A stretch of DNA of 64,000 bases, taken from contig OZ024754.1 in assembly GCA_964016885.1 (NCBI GenBank), forward strand, positions 40,548,001 through 40,612,000. The letters run 5' to 3'. Made by a program: the position numbers and the translations under genes. The notes beneath the pieces were generated by a model, which was given only the letters and a program-made list of their open reading frames with translations, had not been told where the DNA came from and did not search any database. Positions 49,961 to 63,199 of this stretch are shown piece by piece. Every line of letters starts with the position of its first letter. Positions within the stretch are counted from its first letter, which is position 1. The DNA is from Eledone cirrhosa. Its lineage: Eukaryota.

Positions 49961-52298
49961 AGGTCTAAATCTGGCAGTCCTGCGCGAGAAAACCCTTTTC
50001 AGTTACCAGGGATGAAATGTAAGTTAGTAATTACGTTGATTAACACTCAGCTATTGTTGTTCACTTTTACAGTTCTGTGAACTAAAGCAACATAAACCCT
50101 GAAGAAGGGACTTTTAGGTCCCGAAATAATTGGACAGATAAAAGGACAACAACAAAAAAAAAAAAAGATTACCCGGTAACTTCCTTTTCGTTATCTCACC
50201 TTACAGTACATTTTGCATTGTTTAGCCTCCTATCTCTTTCAACGTTAAATATCTAAACTATAATAAAGTAAGAAGTGCAGGACTGGACGGTTTATAATTT
50301 TGTATCCCCTTAGTAAAATAAGTTGGATTACTTTGAATAAATAATGAATGAATATTACATAATTTATCTACCAAATTTCGTGGCTGTTCATTAAATATAT
50401 TTTATTACTTATTTAAAGATTTACTTCTTTAAAATTTTCAAATGTCAACACTTCCGGTTAGCAACTGTTTAAATAAATATTCATATATTTCTGTCACTAA
50501 TTTTCTTCTAATGCAGTTTATATATAATATCGTCTTTTTTTTAATGTATCATGGATTACGTTACTGATTACATAAAACAGTGTAACGCAGTCTTCGTTCA
50601 ATTTCTGTGTATATATATACTTGCATATAAAATCAATATACACACTACACATTCTAGCAGAAAAACCACCCAAAGGCATGGTTTTTCTGCTAGTTATATA
50701 TAATGCTTCAAGCAAACTACAACATTTTATAAACATAAATAGTTATTTGTACAAGTTTCATTGTGTCAGCAATGAAAACTATGTCATCTATAGAGTCACG
50801 ATTTCTAGAAAGTATTTAGTGAACCATACACTGAGATCAGATCAAGAATTGTTTTACAACTTTTGCGCTTCTTTGAGAGTTTGTTATATCTATTTATAAA
50901 CTAAATGGGGTGGAGAGATATCATTTAGCCTACGGCTTCAAGCTATAAGCAGAGAAGGATGGACAGAGAAATGAACTCTCTTCTCTGAATGTATGTGAAA
51001 ATTAATTTTCTTCCCCTTTTCATTTTTATTATTATTATTATTATTATTATGGTCTGAGTTCAAATCCTGCCGAGGTTAACTTTGCCTTTCATCCTTACGG
51101 GGTCGATAAAATAAAGTACCAGTCACGCACTGGGGTTGATTTAATCAACTTTCCCCTCCCGCCAAATTACTGGCATTGTGCCTATATAAGAAACCATTAT
51201 TGTCACTATTTGTACAAATATGCAACTTAACAATATTCTGCATATCCACAATTGACAATGCATTTAATGGTGAAACTGGTATTGTAAATAAATAAATGTT
51301 TTGATATTTCACTGAAAAAAATCTCTTCAACATTTTCTACTAAAAGAATCTTTTTCCTTTCTACTATTTGTTTTTATATATATCAACTCATGTGTGTTAC
51401 TTTTCTACAGTCGATATATATATATAAAAGCCGACCTTCCCCAATTACACCTCTCAAAGGCGATGACACACGACCGTAACCTCTGGCATCACGCAGTAAT
51501 GCAGAGTACCTGACCCCCCATGGGTACAAGCTGAAGCATATAGACAATATGCCCCCACACCCCCCACTGCAAGGTGGTCGTGGAGGTGCCACGGCAAAAA
51601 AGCACCCAGCCCACACTGTAAAGTGGACGTGTAGGCGCCACGAAAAAGCACCCAGCACTCACTGTAAATGAGGTTGGTGTTAGGAAGGGCATCCAGCTGT
51701 AGAAATCAAGCCAAATCAGTTCCTGTATGAGCAAGGCATGGTCAGCCGACCAGACACTGCCCACAACAGGACAACCCGTCTAACCCATGCTAGCATGGAA
51801 GAACGGACGTAAAACGGTGATGATGATGATGATGATATATATATAGCTGTAAAAAACAGGAGGTTATATCTGTAGTTGATAGAGCACTCGGTCCAGAGTA
51901 CGAGTTTGGTATAAAGTTAGTTCCACAGCAACTTAGTAAACCATACTCAAGGGCACGTCTCGAGTATGGTTTGCTAATTTGTTGTGGAACAAACTTTTTT
52001 TCTCTCTCCCTCTCTCTGTATATATAGGGTTCTTATATATTTGATATATATTTATCCTTATCGAGCCCTCTTTGGATTTTAGTCTTCACATTTATTATTA
52101 TTACTATATATATATATATATATCATCACCGTTTTATGTTCGTTATTCCACGCTAGCATGGGTCAGACGGGTTATCCTGTTGTGAGCAGTGTCCAGTCGG
52201 CTAACCTTGTCTTGCTCAATTCTGGCTTGATTTCTACAGCTGGATGCTCTTCCTAACCCCAACCTCATTTACAGTGAATGCTGGGTGCTTTTTTCCAG

Positions 52299-52341
<43 letters not shown>

Positions 52342-52384
52342 AAGTATGGACCAGTGGTTTACACTTTCAATACGTTTATTTGTT

Positions 52385-52478
52385 GGTGACGCACGTTTCG
52401 CCACTGATCAGCTCACGGTTCGATCTGTATTGAGTATTGATCTAGCCTGACTCTGTAATCCGCAGCTCGTCAGACCCC
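52385..52478 (-). ncRNA. Type-I hammerhead ribozyme-like motif with complete core (Penelope/retrozyme type)
   Basis: minus strand GGT-CTGACGA-GCTGCGGATTA...TGATCAGTGGC-GAAAC-GTGC-GTC-ACC followed by AATAAA. Confidence 0.65.
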
Positions 52479-52611
52479 TTATAATGGTAATGAAAAAATG
52501 ATTAAATGATTATACATGGCTTATGAGAAAATCTGATGTTCCTATGGTGGCCAGTGAAATTTGTTTTGATTGGTGGGTTAATTCAGACGGATGTTTTTGC
52601 CTGTACTATCT

Positions 52612-52663
<52 letters not shown>

Positions 52664-52664
52664 T

Positions 52665-53004
52665 CATCATCATCATTTCATTTTACGTCCGCTTTTCCCT
52701 GCTTGCAAGGGTTGGACGGGAACTGATTTTGGCTTGATTTCTACAGCTGGATGCCCTTCCTAACACTAACCTCATTTACAGTGAGTGCTGGGTGCTTTTT
52801 TGCCATGGCACCTCCACAACCACTTTGCAGTGGAATGATAGGGACCCCAGTCCCTATCATCTCATTTCTACAGCTGAGTAAACTGGAGCAATGTGAAATA
52901 AAGTGTCTTGCTCAAGGAAACAACACATCACCCGGTCTGAGAATTGAACTCACAACCTTTCGATTGCAAGGCCACTGCTCTAACCACTAAGCCATGTGCC
53001 TCCA
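52665..53004 (-). mobile_element. tRNA-derived SINE family A, full-length copy between (AT)n tracts
   Basis: near-identical to the 3300 and 32725 copies; (GAT)n tail. Confidence 0.85.
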
Positions 53005-53964
53005 TATATATATATATATATATATATATGGAGCACAACAGCCAACTGTACAAACATCCTAGTCTCTCACAAAGTGGTAACACATACCAAATCTACAGGC
53101 ATTCCATCAAAGTCAACATTGACAAGTTTATCTCCCAACGAAGACAGATTTCAAAAATCAAAAAAAAAAAACCCATCTTGTTGTTAACATGTGTCGGGAT
53201 ATCAACTATTTATTCATTGTCGGAGGTTTTACATGTGAGGAATTTATCAAGGACTACAAGACCTTTCACCCTTAGCAGAAAGGAAATTACTATGTCATTA
53301 CTCTAGAATCTAGACTCTAATGGAAGGCATGAAAGAGTTAATTCAAAGGCCATGAGAATATATAAGAGGATTCAAATGTTGTGTACAAGAGAGGAGATTA
53401 CGTTGGTAAAGACATGTGATTCGTATGAAGGATGACAGCTGCCAAAAAAGAAGCAGAACGCTCAAAGTCGATGGAAGCCTTGAAGTGGGAAGACCCAGGA
53501 AGACTTGGGATGAGGTGATAAAAGCTAACCTTGCCCAATTGCACCTCTCAAAGGTGATGACACAGGACCGAGATCTCTGGCATTATGCAGTAATACAGAA
53601 GACCCAACTTCCCATGGGCACAGGTCGAAGCTGAAGCATATATACAGTATGCCCTGCCCCACTGTCACCCACCTCACCCTTCCACTGTATAGGGGTCATG
53701 TAAGTATGACAACAAAAAGTACCCAGTCCACAGTGTAAAGTGATCGTGTAGGTGTCACAACAAAAAGCACCCAGTACTCACTGTAAATGAGATTGGCATT
53801 AGGAAGGGCATCTAGCTATAGAAACCAAGTCAAAATCAGTTCAGTATAAGCAAAGCATGGTCACCTGATCTAGCATTGCCCATAACAGGACAACTCGTCT
53901 AACCCATTGCTAGCGTGGAAGAATGGATGTAAAATGGTAATGATGATGATATATACATATATAC

Positions 53965-54064
53965 GAAGGATTCAGGACCCCAATGGCTGAGCTCCTGCCA
54001 TTGCAACAGCTAGATCTAGCTGTTGCAATGGCAGGAGCTCAGCCATTGGGGTCCTGAATCCTTC
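53965..54064. repeat. Perfect 100-bp spacer-less palindrome
   Basis: GAAGGATTC...GCTAGA|TCTAGC...GAATCCTTC, centre 54014/54015. Confidence 0.95.
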
Positions 54065-54424
54065 ATATTACCCACTCTACTACCCCAAATATCAAGCACT
54101 CTAGTGAGTAATGGTCTAATATAAACACTGTAAAATAAACAGCTTTGTATGATAGAACCAGGAGAGAAAATCTCTTGCAGTGAACCAGAGACTGGTCCAT
54201 TGGAAAACTTATAACTAACAAATATATTGATCGGTAATTGTGATATAAAATAATTAAATGTAATCAGTTTGACAGCTGTTAAAATATTGTTTATAAAATC
54301 TGAAAATGGCCATCCTCAGTTAAAATATTGATTGTTAAAGTGTAAAATGTTACTGATTTTGATTGAGGATTTTCCTAGAAATTATTAATCAAACATTTGG
54401 CATGTAAAATTATTTTTAAAATCA

Positions 54425-55520
54425 TTCAGGTCCAAGTTAACAGGTGAACAGTGTGGTTTTCACCCTGGATGCAGTACAGCCAACCAAATATTCATACTGC
54501 GGTAGCTCTTTGAGAAATCTTGGGAGGACTGTCAAGAGGTGTATTCTTGCTTTGTAGACCTCAAAAAGACACATGACCCTGTTCTATGGGACCTGCTGTG
54601 GAAGATTCTGCAGGAGTATAAGATCGATGGACAGCTTCTATCGCCCTAACGTCTCAATACGAATGCCCGGGTATTTGTGTTCAGATAAATGGTGCTAAAT
54701 TGAAACCTTTGACATGTGCAGTCGGGTTAGAAGTGGTATCACGACAGGCAGGTCTAGGATCAGTTGGCTGGAACTTGCACACAACATGATGTTACTTAAC
54801 GTGTTAGAAAATGATCTCCGACATGCACTTGATAGTTTTGCTGCTGAGTGCTGCAAAGACTGAGATACTCCTCTTCTCAAGGAAGCTTGTGCAGTGCACG
54901 CTACATGTGAATGGAGTTCCACTGAAGCTGGTGGAATAGTTCAAGTATCTCAGGGCTGTGTTCATGAGTGATGGAAGGCAGGAGGCTGAATTGAGTGCAA
55001 GAATTGTAAAAACTGGTGCAGTAATGTACCAGCTTCAGCATTAGGTAATCAGAAGAAGGGAGGTAGGTGTAAAATCAAAATTCGTCATCTTCAATTCGGT
55101 ATTAGTGCCAACCCTTACCTAAGGTCATGAATCTTGGGTAATGGTTGAAAGAATATGATCGCGAATACAAGCAGCCAAAATGGGTTTCCTCCAAAGTGTC
55201 TTTGGAGTAATGTTACTTGATGGAGATCGGAGCATCACTCCAGGTAGAGCCGCTACTTCTCCAAATTGAGAGATCACAGCTCCGATACTATGGGTATGTG
55301 GTTAGAATGTCTCAGGAAAGAATCGCTGGACAGATTTTATGGGTAAAACCAACTGGCAGGAGACCCAGGGGTAGACTCCGAGCAAGATGGTTGGATAACA
55401 TCCCTGAGCTTGGCTGGTCTCGCTTGGGGATGGTTACTTTAGGACAGGACTCGCTGGAAGGAGTGTTTATGGACTCTGCCCCAATAACCCTCTCAGGAAT
55501 AAGAGGTTTCAGGAGTAAAA
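54425..55520 (+). mobile_element. Degenerate RTE-clade LINE (RT and C-terminal region)
   Basis: EQCGFHPGCSTANQIFILR..FEKSWE..CFVDLKK; LLLQIERSQLRYYGYVVRM..PTGRRPRGR..RWLDNI; stops and frameshifts; related fragments at 19985-20260 and 25870-26030. Confidence 0.85.
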
Positions 55521-56765
55521 AAGACATTTTGTAATTTATCAATTATGTTAAACCATTGTATATATAATTCATATAAAATGTCAATCCTCTGGAAAAGGGA
55601 TACACAATTATATTATATTGTGTGTATGATATATAACTATATTAAACCATTCTATATATATTGTGTGGGTGAGTATATGATATATAACTATATTAAACCA
55701 TTCTATATATATTATGTGGGTGTATATATGATATATAACTTACAAATAAAACCTATTTTTAATTAAACAGTGAAATTTCCACAGGGGCAGCTGGTTTATG
55801 ATCAAAACTAAAGGTGAGTCATCATCTTAACAAGATGATGCAGTATTTCCACAGTCAGCTAATATACAGGTGAGTCATCATCTTAGCAAGATGATGCAGT
55901 ATTTAATTCTCCGCTCTCAAATGGATGAAAGGAATGTTAAACTTAGCAGGGTTTGATAACCGAGATCATAAAGACTAGAGAAAAAGTTTATTCAATAAGA
56001 ATTTAATTTATAAAAGTGTATTAACAATAACCATAGCAATTTTAAATAAATTATAATGCTTAATTAAGGTTTCCAAAAGGAACAAATCAATGAAGGAGAT
56101 TGAAAGAAAAGAAAGAATAGAAAAAATGGGAGAAGACGTGGGCACACTCGACACAAATGTGAGTGATAGCAAGGCTAAGACACAAGAATAGCTAAGCACC
56201 TTCACGAGCATCACATCAAAGACTAGATTTTATACCTTTATTTCATCTTAATACCTTTTGTGTTTTTTAAAAATACAACATCTATTTAAAGTCCATGACT
56301 AAGTTATTAATATAAAATACTCAACAGTCAGAGAATGTGCGCTTGGACAAGATACTTAACTCGAAATATCTTACATGGGCTCCATAGTGCTTTGTTTACC
56401 AGGCTGTGATTGAATCGTCCTATATGTTTGTATTAGAACTCTTAAATATGTATTACTATACAATAGAATAATAATTTAGAAATATTTATCGTCATCTAGT
56501 TTTGTAAATAGTGATTTCTTTTGACAAAACAGAAAACAAATTTCCACAGGCAGAGACGGAATCTTTACCCTCAGCATATAGTTGGTACTTTGATCGACAC
56601 TGGGGGTGTTTGAACTGTGTTGTGTGGAGGGACGTGAGAAAATACTCTAAGGTATTTGATATAGTCTTTCTTGTCTTACATATATTTACGGGGTCGATAA
56701 AATAAAGTACCAGTAATACACTGTGGCTTTGAGCCTTAAACAAAGACCATTATTATGAAACTAAT

Positions 56766-56962
56766 GGGCGGTGAATTGGCAGTATCGGTAGAGGGTCGGA
56801 CGCCATGCTTTCCACCATAGAGTTACGTCCCTTTACGATTTGAGTTCAAATCCCGCCGAGGTTAACTTTGCCTTTCATCCTTACGGGGTCGATAAAATAA
56901 AGTACCAGTAATGCACTGGGATAATTGCTGGCCTCGTGCCAAAAAGTAGAAACAATTATTAT
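56766..56962 (+). mobile_element. SINE family B (octopus OK-like, recalled), representative copy
   Basis: GGCGGTGAATTGGCAG..GAGTTCAAATCCCGCCGAGG..GGGGTCGATAAAATAAAGTACCAG; related copies near 8970-9115, 9930-10210, 13180-13340, 21732-21960, 26703-26920, 39388-39580, 45025-45245, 45460-45645, 51052-51200, 59705-59950. Confidence 0.8.
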
Positions 56963-57177
56963 GAAACTAATAAAATGCAAATTCCGTGTTGTTGTTTTTT
57001 TAATAATAAATAAACAGAAGCCAAAAGTGATTTCTCTCTTTTATGCGTTTATATTTGCATTTTATCATCCAAATCCCACCGAGGTTGACTTTGCCTTTCA
57101 TCCTTAAATACCCCCCCCCCCCCACACACACACACAGCAAATATTGCTGGCCTTGTGCCTAAATCAGACACCATTAT

Positions 57178-57453
57178 ATTTGTAATGTTATCTATGTTGA
57201 TATTTAAAACGCATTTGTAATGTTATTTATATATATATTAAAAACATATTTGTAATGTTATTTATATATATATATATATTAAAAACATATTTGTAATGTT
57301 ATTTATATATATATATATATATTAAAAACATATTTGTAATGTTATTTATGTCTATATTTAAAACATATCTGTAATGTTGTTTATATATATATATATATAT
57401 ATGTAGGAGGTGAGTTTTATTGTAGTACAATAAAGCAATGCAGATATCGGATA

Positions 57454-57503
<50 letters not shown>

Positions 57504-57558
57504 AAATATATATATATATAAATGAAAAGTATAGAAATTGTTGTAGCGATTGTCCATA

Positions 57559-57589
<31 letters not shown>

Positions 57590-58020
57590 AAACATATTTG
57601 TAATGTTATATGTGTATATTTAAAACATATATGTAATGTTATTTATATATATATATTTAAAACATATTTGTAATATTATGTGTATATTTAAAACATATCT
57701 GTAATGTTATTTACATATATATATATATATATATTTAAAACATATTTGTAATGTTATATGTGTATATTTAAAACATATCTGTAATGTTATTTATATATAT
57801 ATATATATATATATAAAACATATATGTAATGTTATTTATATATATATATATATTTAAAACATATCTGTAATGTTATTTATATATATATATATATTTAAAA
57901 CATATTTGTAATATTATATGTGTATATTTAAAACATATATGTAATGTTATTTATATATATATATATTTAAAACATATTTGTAATGTTATTTATATATTTA
58001 AAACGTATTTGTAGTGTTAT
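57178..58020. repeat. Compound minisatellite TTAAAACATATTTGTAATGTTAT + variable (AT)n
   Basis: direct inspection. Confidence 0.8.
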
Positions 58021-58180
58021 ACAGCTGTGAAACAAGGAAGATTAACTACATGTTTATCAACTAAAACCAGAAATACACATGTTGGAATTAATAACTATAA
58101 ACAATGGTAAAAGGAATTGATGTCCCGTTCGTATTTTAAACCTGCTGAAAATTTAGGGAATAAAATAAATATTTACTTAC

Positions 58181-58888
58181 ATCGTATCTCTGGTGGAATA
58201 GATATAGCATAGAGAAAGGTATGCAAGTGCCAACCATAGCATGTGTTGAAGGCATTCCGTACTCCAGTTCATATCGAGCTTCCAACTTAATGACTGGGGG
58301 CGAAATAGGACGGGGTCTCTTCACGATGTCTTTAGTAGCTTGGCCTAAGTAAAGTGTAATCCACCACATCACTACAACTTTCCGGGAGACGAAAAAATCT
58401 AAGTTCCACACGATGAAAGGGAAAAAAGTAGTGTAAAACAATTCGTCGCCCAAAGCGGCACCAAAACTGAACAAGTAGTAGAGAGATTTGTATTGTATTT
58501 TGTAAGGGAGTTTGTTCGTTTTCTCGTCTAAATTAGAAGTGCTTTTAATGGGCTTGCCGCCGTTTTGGAAGTTAGATTGGCTCCCCGGATCCATTTCCGT
58601 GATTCCTGGTATTTTCGGCCCTTTTAAATTGCGACGGATACAGTTATCACTACTTTCATGTTCATCTGGAACCAACACCCCATTTTGATCATACTGACAG
58701 ACCTTTCGGGGATCATCTTCATCGCGAAAAACTATTGAAGAATTCTTTAATCCCGATTGAGAATACATAGTGCTGGATGATGTCGTTTTTGCGGAATTTT
58801 CGTTGTAGGACAATCCACAAAGACGTTGAAACCGAGCAACTAGATATGGGTCATCAAGATATAAAATAATACTGTGTAACATATCCAT
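58181..58888 (-). CDS. SGPP1: Sphingosine-1-phosphate phosphatase (SGPP1/2 family, PAP2 fold), exon 1. Model: 58888-58181, 33398-33309, 31179-30595 (1383 nt, 460 aa)
   Basis: [14 protein letters not shown]1 motif [17 protein letters not shown] (C2); GAT|gtaagt donor, phase 0; SGPP1 vs SGPP2 orthology cannot be resolved. Confidence 0.93.
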
Positions 58889-60143
58889 TATTTACAGAAA
58901 TCACCACTCCTTCAGAAAACTTGTTTGATGTAAAGATATGCTATCTACAAGAGAAACTCTCGACCATTAAACCGATCACTGTGTTAAGATTATTATATAA
59001 TAGATATTAAACACTTGTCTCGCATTCTAGAGAGAGAGAGGTCAAATATCTAAAGTTGTTTATGGAAATCTCTAAGTAGTGTTATTCAGCTGTGAGATCT
59101 TACAATAAACTAAATAGTTCGTTATGACAACATACAGCCAATGCTGGCTTTTCGTTCTTCTTTTCTCTTTCTTCTTGCTTGATAGAAACTCGTAGTAATT
59201 AACGGATAAACAGTGTGTACATCGGGAAATATATATATATATAAGAAACAATTGATTAATTTATATATATATATAGGTTGTTATATATGGCTGGTATTGT
59301 AAGCTAATGAACTGAATCTCCTCCATGCCTGGTGAAATGCGCCGTTGTTGTGAGGCGAAAGCCAGCTGAGAACACATGACATAATAGAGTCATGATGTTA
59401 CTGTAAGTGACACAGCTTTGGATTTACGGTGTCACCTAATAAACCGTCTCCTCTTTAAAATACACCTACTCACCTAGACTTTAATCTGATCAGCAGGTTT
59501 AGCCTTTGTTTATTATTAATAGTAGTAGTCCTAACTTTCACAAGATACTACACAAAATATTAAAAATAAGTACGTAGTCCAGAATTTTTTTTTTTCTTTT
59601 GTGAATGGTGTGTTATTTAAAAGATATCGGGGAAACTTAGGAGTTATTTTAATATATTAACATATTAGCCAAGTTATTAATAAAAAGTTATGATATTATT
59701 TTTATCCTGCCGAGGTTAGCTTTGCCTCATCTTTCCGGAGGTCGATAAAATAAAGTACCAGTAATTCACTCGGATCGATTTAATCGACTTTCCTCTTTTC
59801 CCAAAAATTGTTGACCTTGTGCCTAAATCAAAAACCAATATTATTATTATTAATAGAGTATTATTATTATTTACGGGGTCGATAAAATAAAGTACCAGTA
59901 ATGCACTGGATAATTGCTGGTCTTGTGTCTAAAGTAGAAACAATTATTATTATAATTAATAACATTATTAATTAATGTACACCCATCATATGACGGATAA
60001 TTTTAGGAGTATATATTTGCCCCAGTAGGTAATACTCAGTAATTAAAATCATACATTAATAAGAATTAACACGTATATATATATTTTATATATATATTTA
60101 TTAAAATAACAGATTAAAGTTTAAGCAAATTTATTATTATTAC

Positions 60144-60190
<47 letters not shown>

Positions 60191-60242
60191 ATATATATAT
60201 ATATGTGTGTATATAAAATATATATATAAAATATATATATAA

Positions 60243-60326
<84 letters not shown>

Positions 60327-60416
60327 TCTGATGAATGAAAGCAATTTTGGTTGCTTTCAAGAAACCACTGGTAAATGAAATAATTATCTTATGTTGTTTA
60401 TTACATAACTATATTT

Positions 60417-60490
<74 letters not shown>

Positions 60491-60502
60491 ATGATGATGA
60501 TG

Positions 60503-60534
<32 letters not shown>

Positions 60535-60586
60535 GTTTTATAAATAGTGACATACCCAGGAATCAGATCTTAACAGTTCAGGTTCC

Positions 60587-60664
<78 letters not shown>

Positions 60665-61076
60665 GGAACCTGAACTGTTGAGATCTGATTCTAGGATATG
60701 TAACTATTTATAAAACAATTTTTTTATTTTATCTAATGAGAGTGTACCAAAGTTTTGGTACCCTTGAAATATATATAATAGAATAAATATGGTTTTATAA
60801 ATATAGTTTCCATTTATTAATATCATTGATATATATTTGGCTAAAACGATTCAAACATTATAAAATATAGTATTAAATTAAAGAAAGCAGTTATTTGAGA
60901 AAAAGAGAAGAAAGGAAATTGAGGAAAGCAACGTGTATTTTCAAAAACGTTTATTCCATTCGTCTCAAAGAAGGGAGAATGAAAAGAAAATCTAGCTTCC
61001 TTCAAAAACTGTTAGCAGACGACACGTGTGTGTGTGTGTGTTATTGAACGAAACTTCTTCTTCTTCTTCTTCTTAA

Positions 61077-61272
61077 CCACACATTCACCACCACCACACA
61101 CCAACACCACCACCAATGCCACCACCCACCACCACCACCACAACACACACCACCCACCACCATTTCCAGAACCACCAGCAGCACCACCACCACCACCACT
61201 ACCACTACCACCACCACTACTACCACCATCACCAGCACCAGCACCAACACCACCACCACCACCACCACCACT
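61077..61272. repeat. (CCA)n-type microsatellite
   Basis: direct inspection. Confidence 0.9.
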
Positions 61273-63199
61273 ATAATATCACCTGATGTTGTTTTTTATT
61301 AAACAACTAAATTTGCCCGTCAACCATCAAGTAGATGGATGAATCTATATATGAGAACTAAACAAGTAAAACCGAAAACTGCCATCAAAACTGATATCAG
61401 ACCAATCCTTTATCTCTTGTTAGCAATCTCTACTATTGATGGACTTTGGATTCTGTACAGAAAATACATCTATCAACTTGACAAACTCTACACACTTAAC
61501 GTGCTTTTAGATTGGTGTCAATTGGCAAGACTTGGTCCTCAAACTTGAAATATTGGACAGACCTGGGATCACAAAATTTGAGGCAATCATCAGGATGTGG
61601 AATTTCAAGTTGATGAACCTTCATATGGCATTTTAATCCAGAAGTTGTCTTACATGGTATGATATAGTATAGTCCCATAACTCCTGATAGAGTTGTAAGG
61701 GCGCTATATTGACAAAGAGCGTTTCTTGAGTATTTTAAGCTTGACGGAGCCCATCCCTCTCCAGGACTGAGTATAGCAGATTTCTTCTTCGAGAGAGAGG
61801 AAGAATCGACCATAGTACTAGATTGATACTTTTTTTATTGACCTCGAAAGGATAAAAGGCAAAGTTGACCTTGGCGGGATTTGAACTCAGAAATCAGAGA
61901 GCTAGAATGAATACTGTAAAGTATTCTAGTTCTAACAACTCTGCCAATTTGCTGCCCATTTCTTACGTATTTTGATACAAATTGGAAAAATAGTCACATC
62001 TGGAGGTGCTGGAAGATTTGCAACATAGTCTACCTGTCATCTGTTCATGTGTTTTCATATGGTTTACAAAACTGGCTTTAGAGAGAAGGACATGGTGAAG
62101 AAATCACAATTCCAATAATCAGCATCTCACATATTCTTAGACCTGCTTTAGCTTTGTTTTTGTTTTGTTTTGTTGTTGTTTTTTGGCTTCATCCAACAGT
62201 TGACTCCCTGATTTAATTGCCCTTCTCCATGTATTACAATCAAGGGCTTGTTTCTCCCATTGATTTATATCTAAATCCAGACTTTTTATATTTTCCTTAA
62301 CCCTTTAGCATTTAAACCGGCCATATCCGGCCAGAATTTTCTCACCTCTTTCTGTTCAAACCAGCCATAACTGGCTGTTCATACTTATGTTAAGGTATTG
62401 TTCTCAAAATAAATACTATCAAAATCTTGTAGATTCAATATTATGTGAGATAATTATGTGGTAATTATGTAAATGCTAAAGGGTTAATATAATCTCATAG
62501 ATTCAATATTATGTGAGGTAAAGCCTTTACCATGAAAATACAATAGTATATATAGAGTAATGTAAATGTTATGTGAGATATTATGTGAGGTAAAGCCTTT
62601 ACCATGAAAATACAATAGTATATATAGAGCAATGTGAATACTAAAGAGTTAATATAATCTTTGTACCTTTTCTGATCTTTTTCCTGGTTCAAGTTCACCA
62701 TAAAAGATTCCCTTTGGAAGCCATACATCATTCATGCAAACAAGATGTCCTACTCAGTGCATTAATACCTAAGAACTGCCAAAGTCACTTAAGGTGGGAT
62801 CATTCAAATATCTTGAAATACCACAGGTGAGAGAGTGTTCCATGCTTCACACCCATAAAAGAAAACTGTTGTATGGGTGTGAACATACATACATACACAT
62901 ACACATACATACATTCGTACATACAGACACATATACATACACATACATGCATTCATACATATATACATGCATACATATATATATATATATAGTTTTCGAT
63001 TCAGTGAACTCTACTGGATATAATACATAAAATGACTAGGAAAAAACTAATTTCTGCATGACTAATTACGAGGGTGGGTATGGGAGGTCATACAGGTAAC
63101 CTAATAACCTAGAATTTGCATAGATTTACACAAAGGAATTTGTGATATGTATTGTAGTTAAAGTCATACCCCCCCCCCCCTCTCTCACTCTCTCTTTCA

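Noticed and set aside
61028-61276. Pro/His-rich ORF
   Set aside because: (CCA)n microsatellite with no splice or start context
61310-61813. 105-aa minus-strand ORF with C..K..SGLKCHMKVH zinc-finger-like segment
   Set aside because: No splice signals and a degenerate context; more likely decayed LINE 3' ends, too weak to annotate
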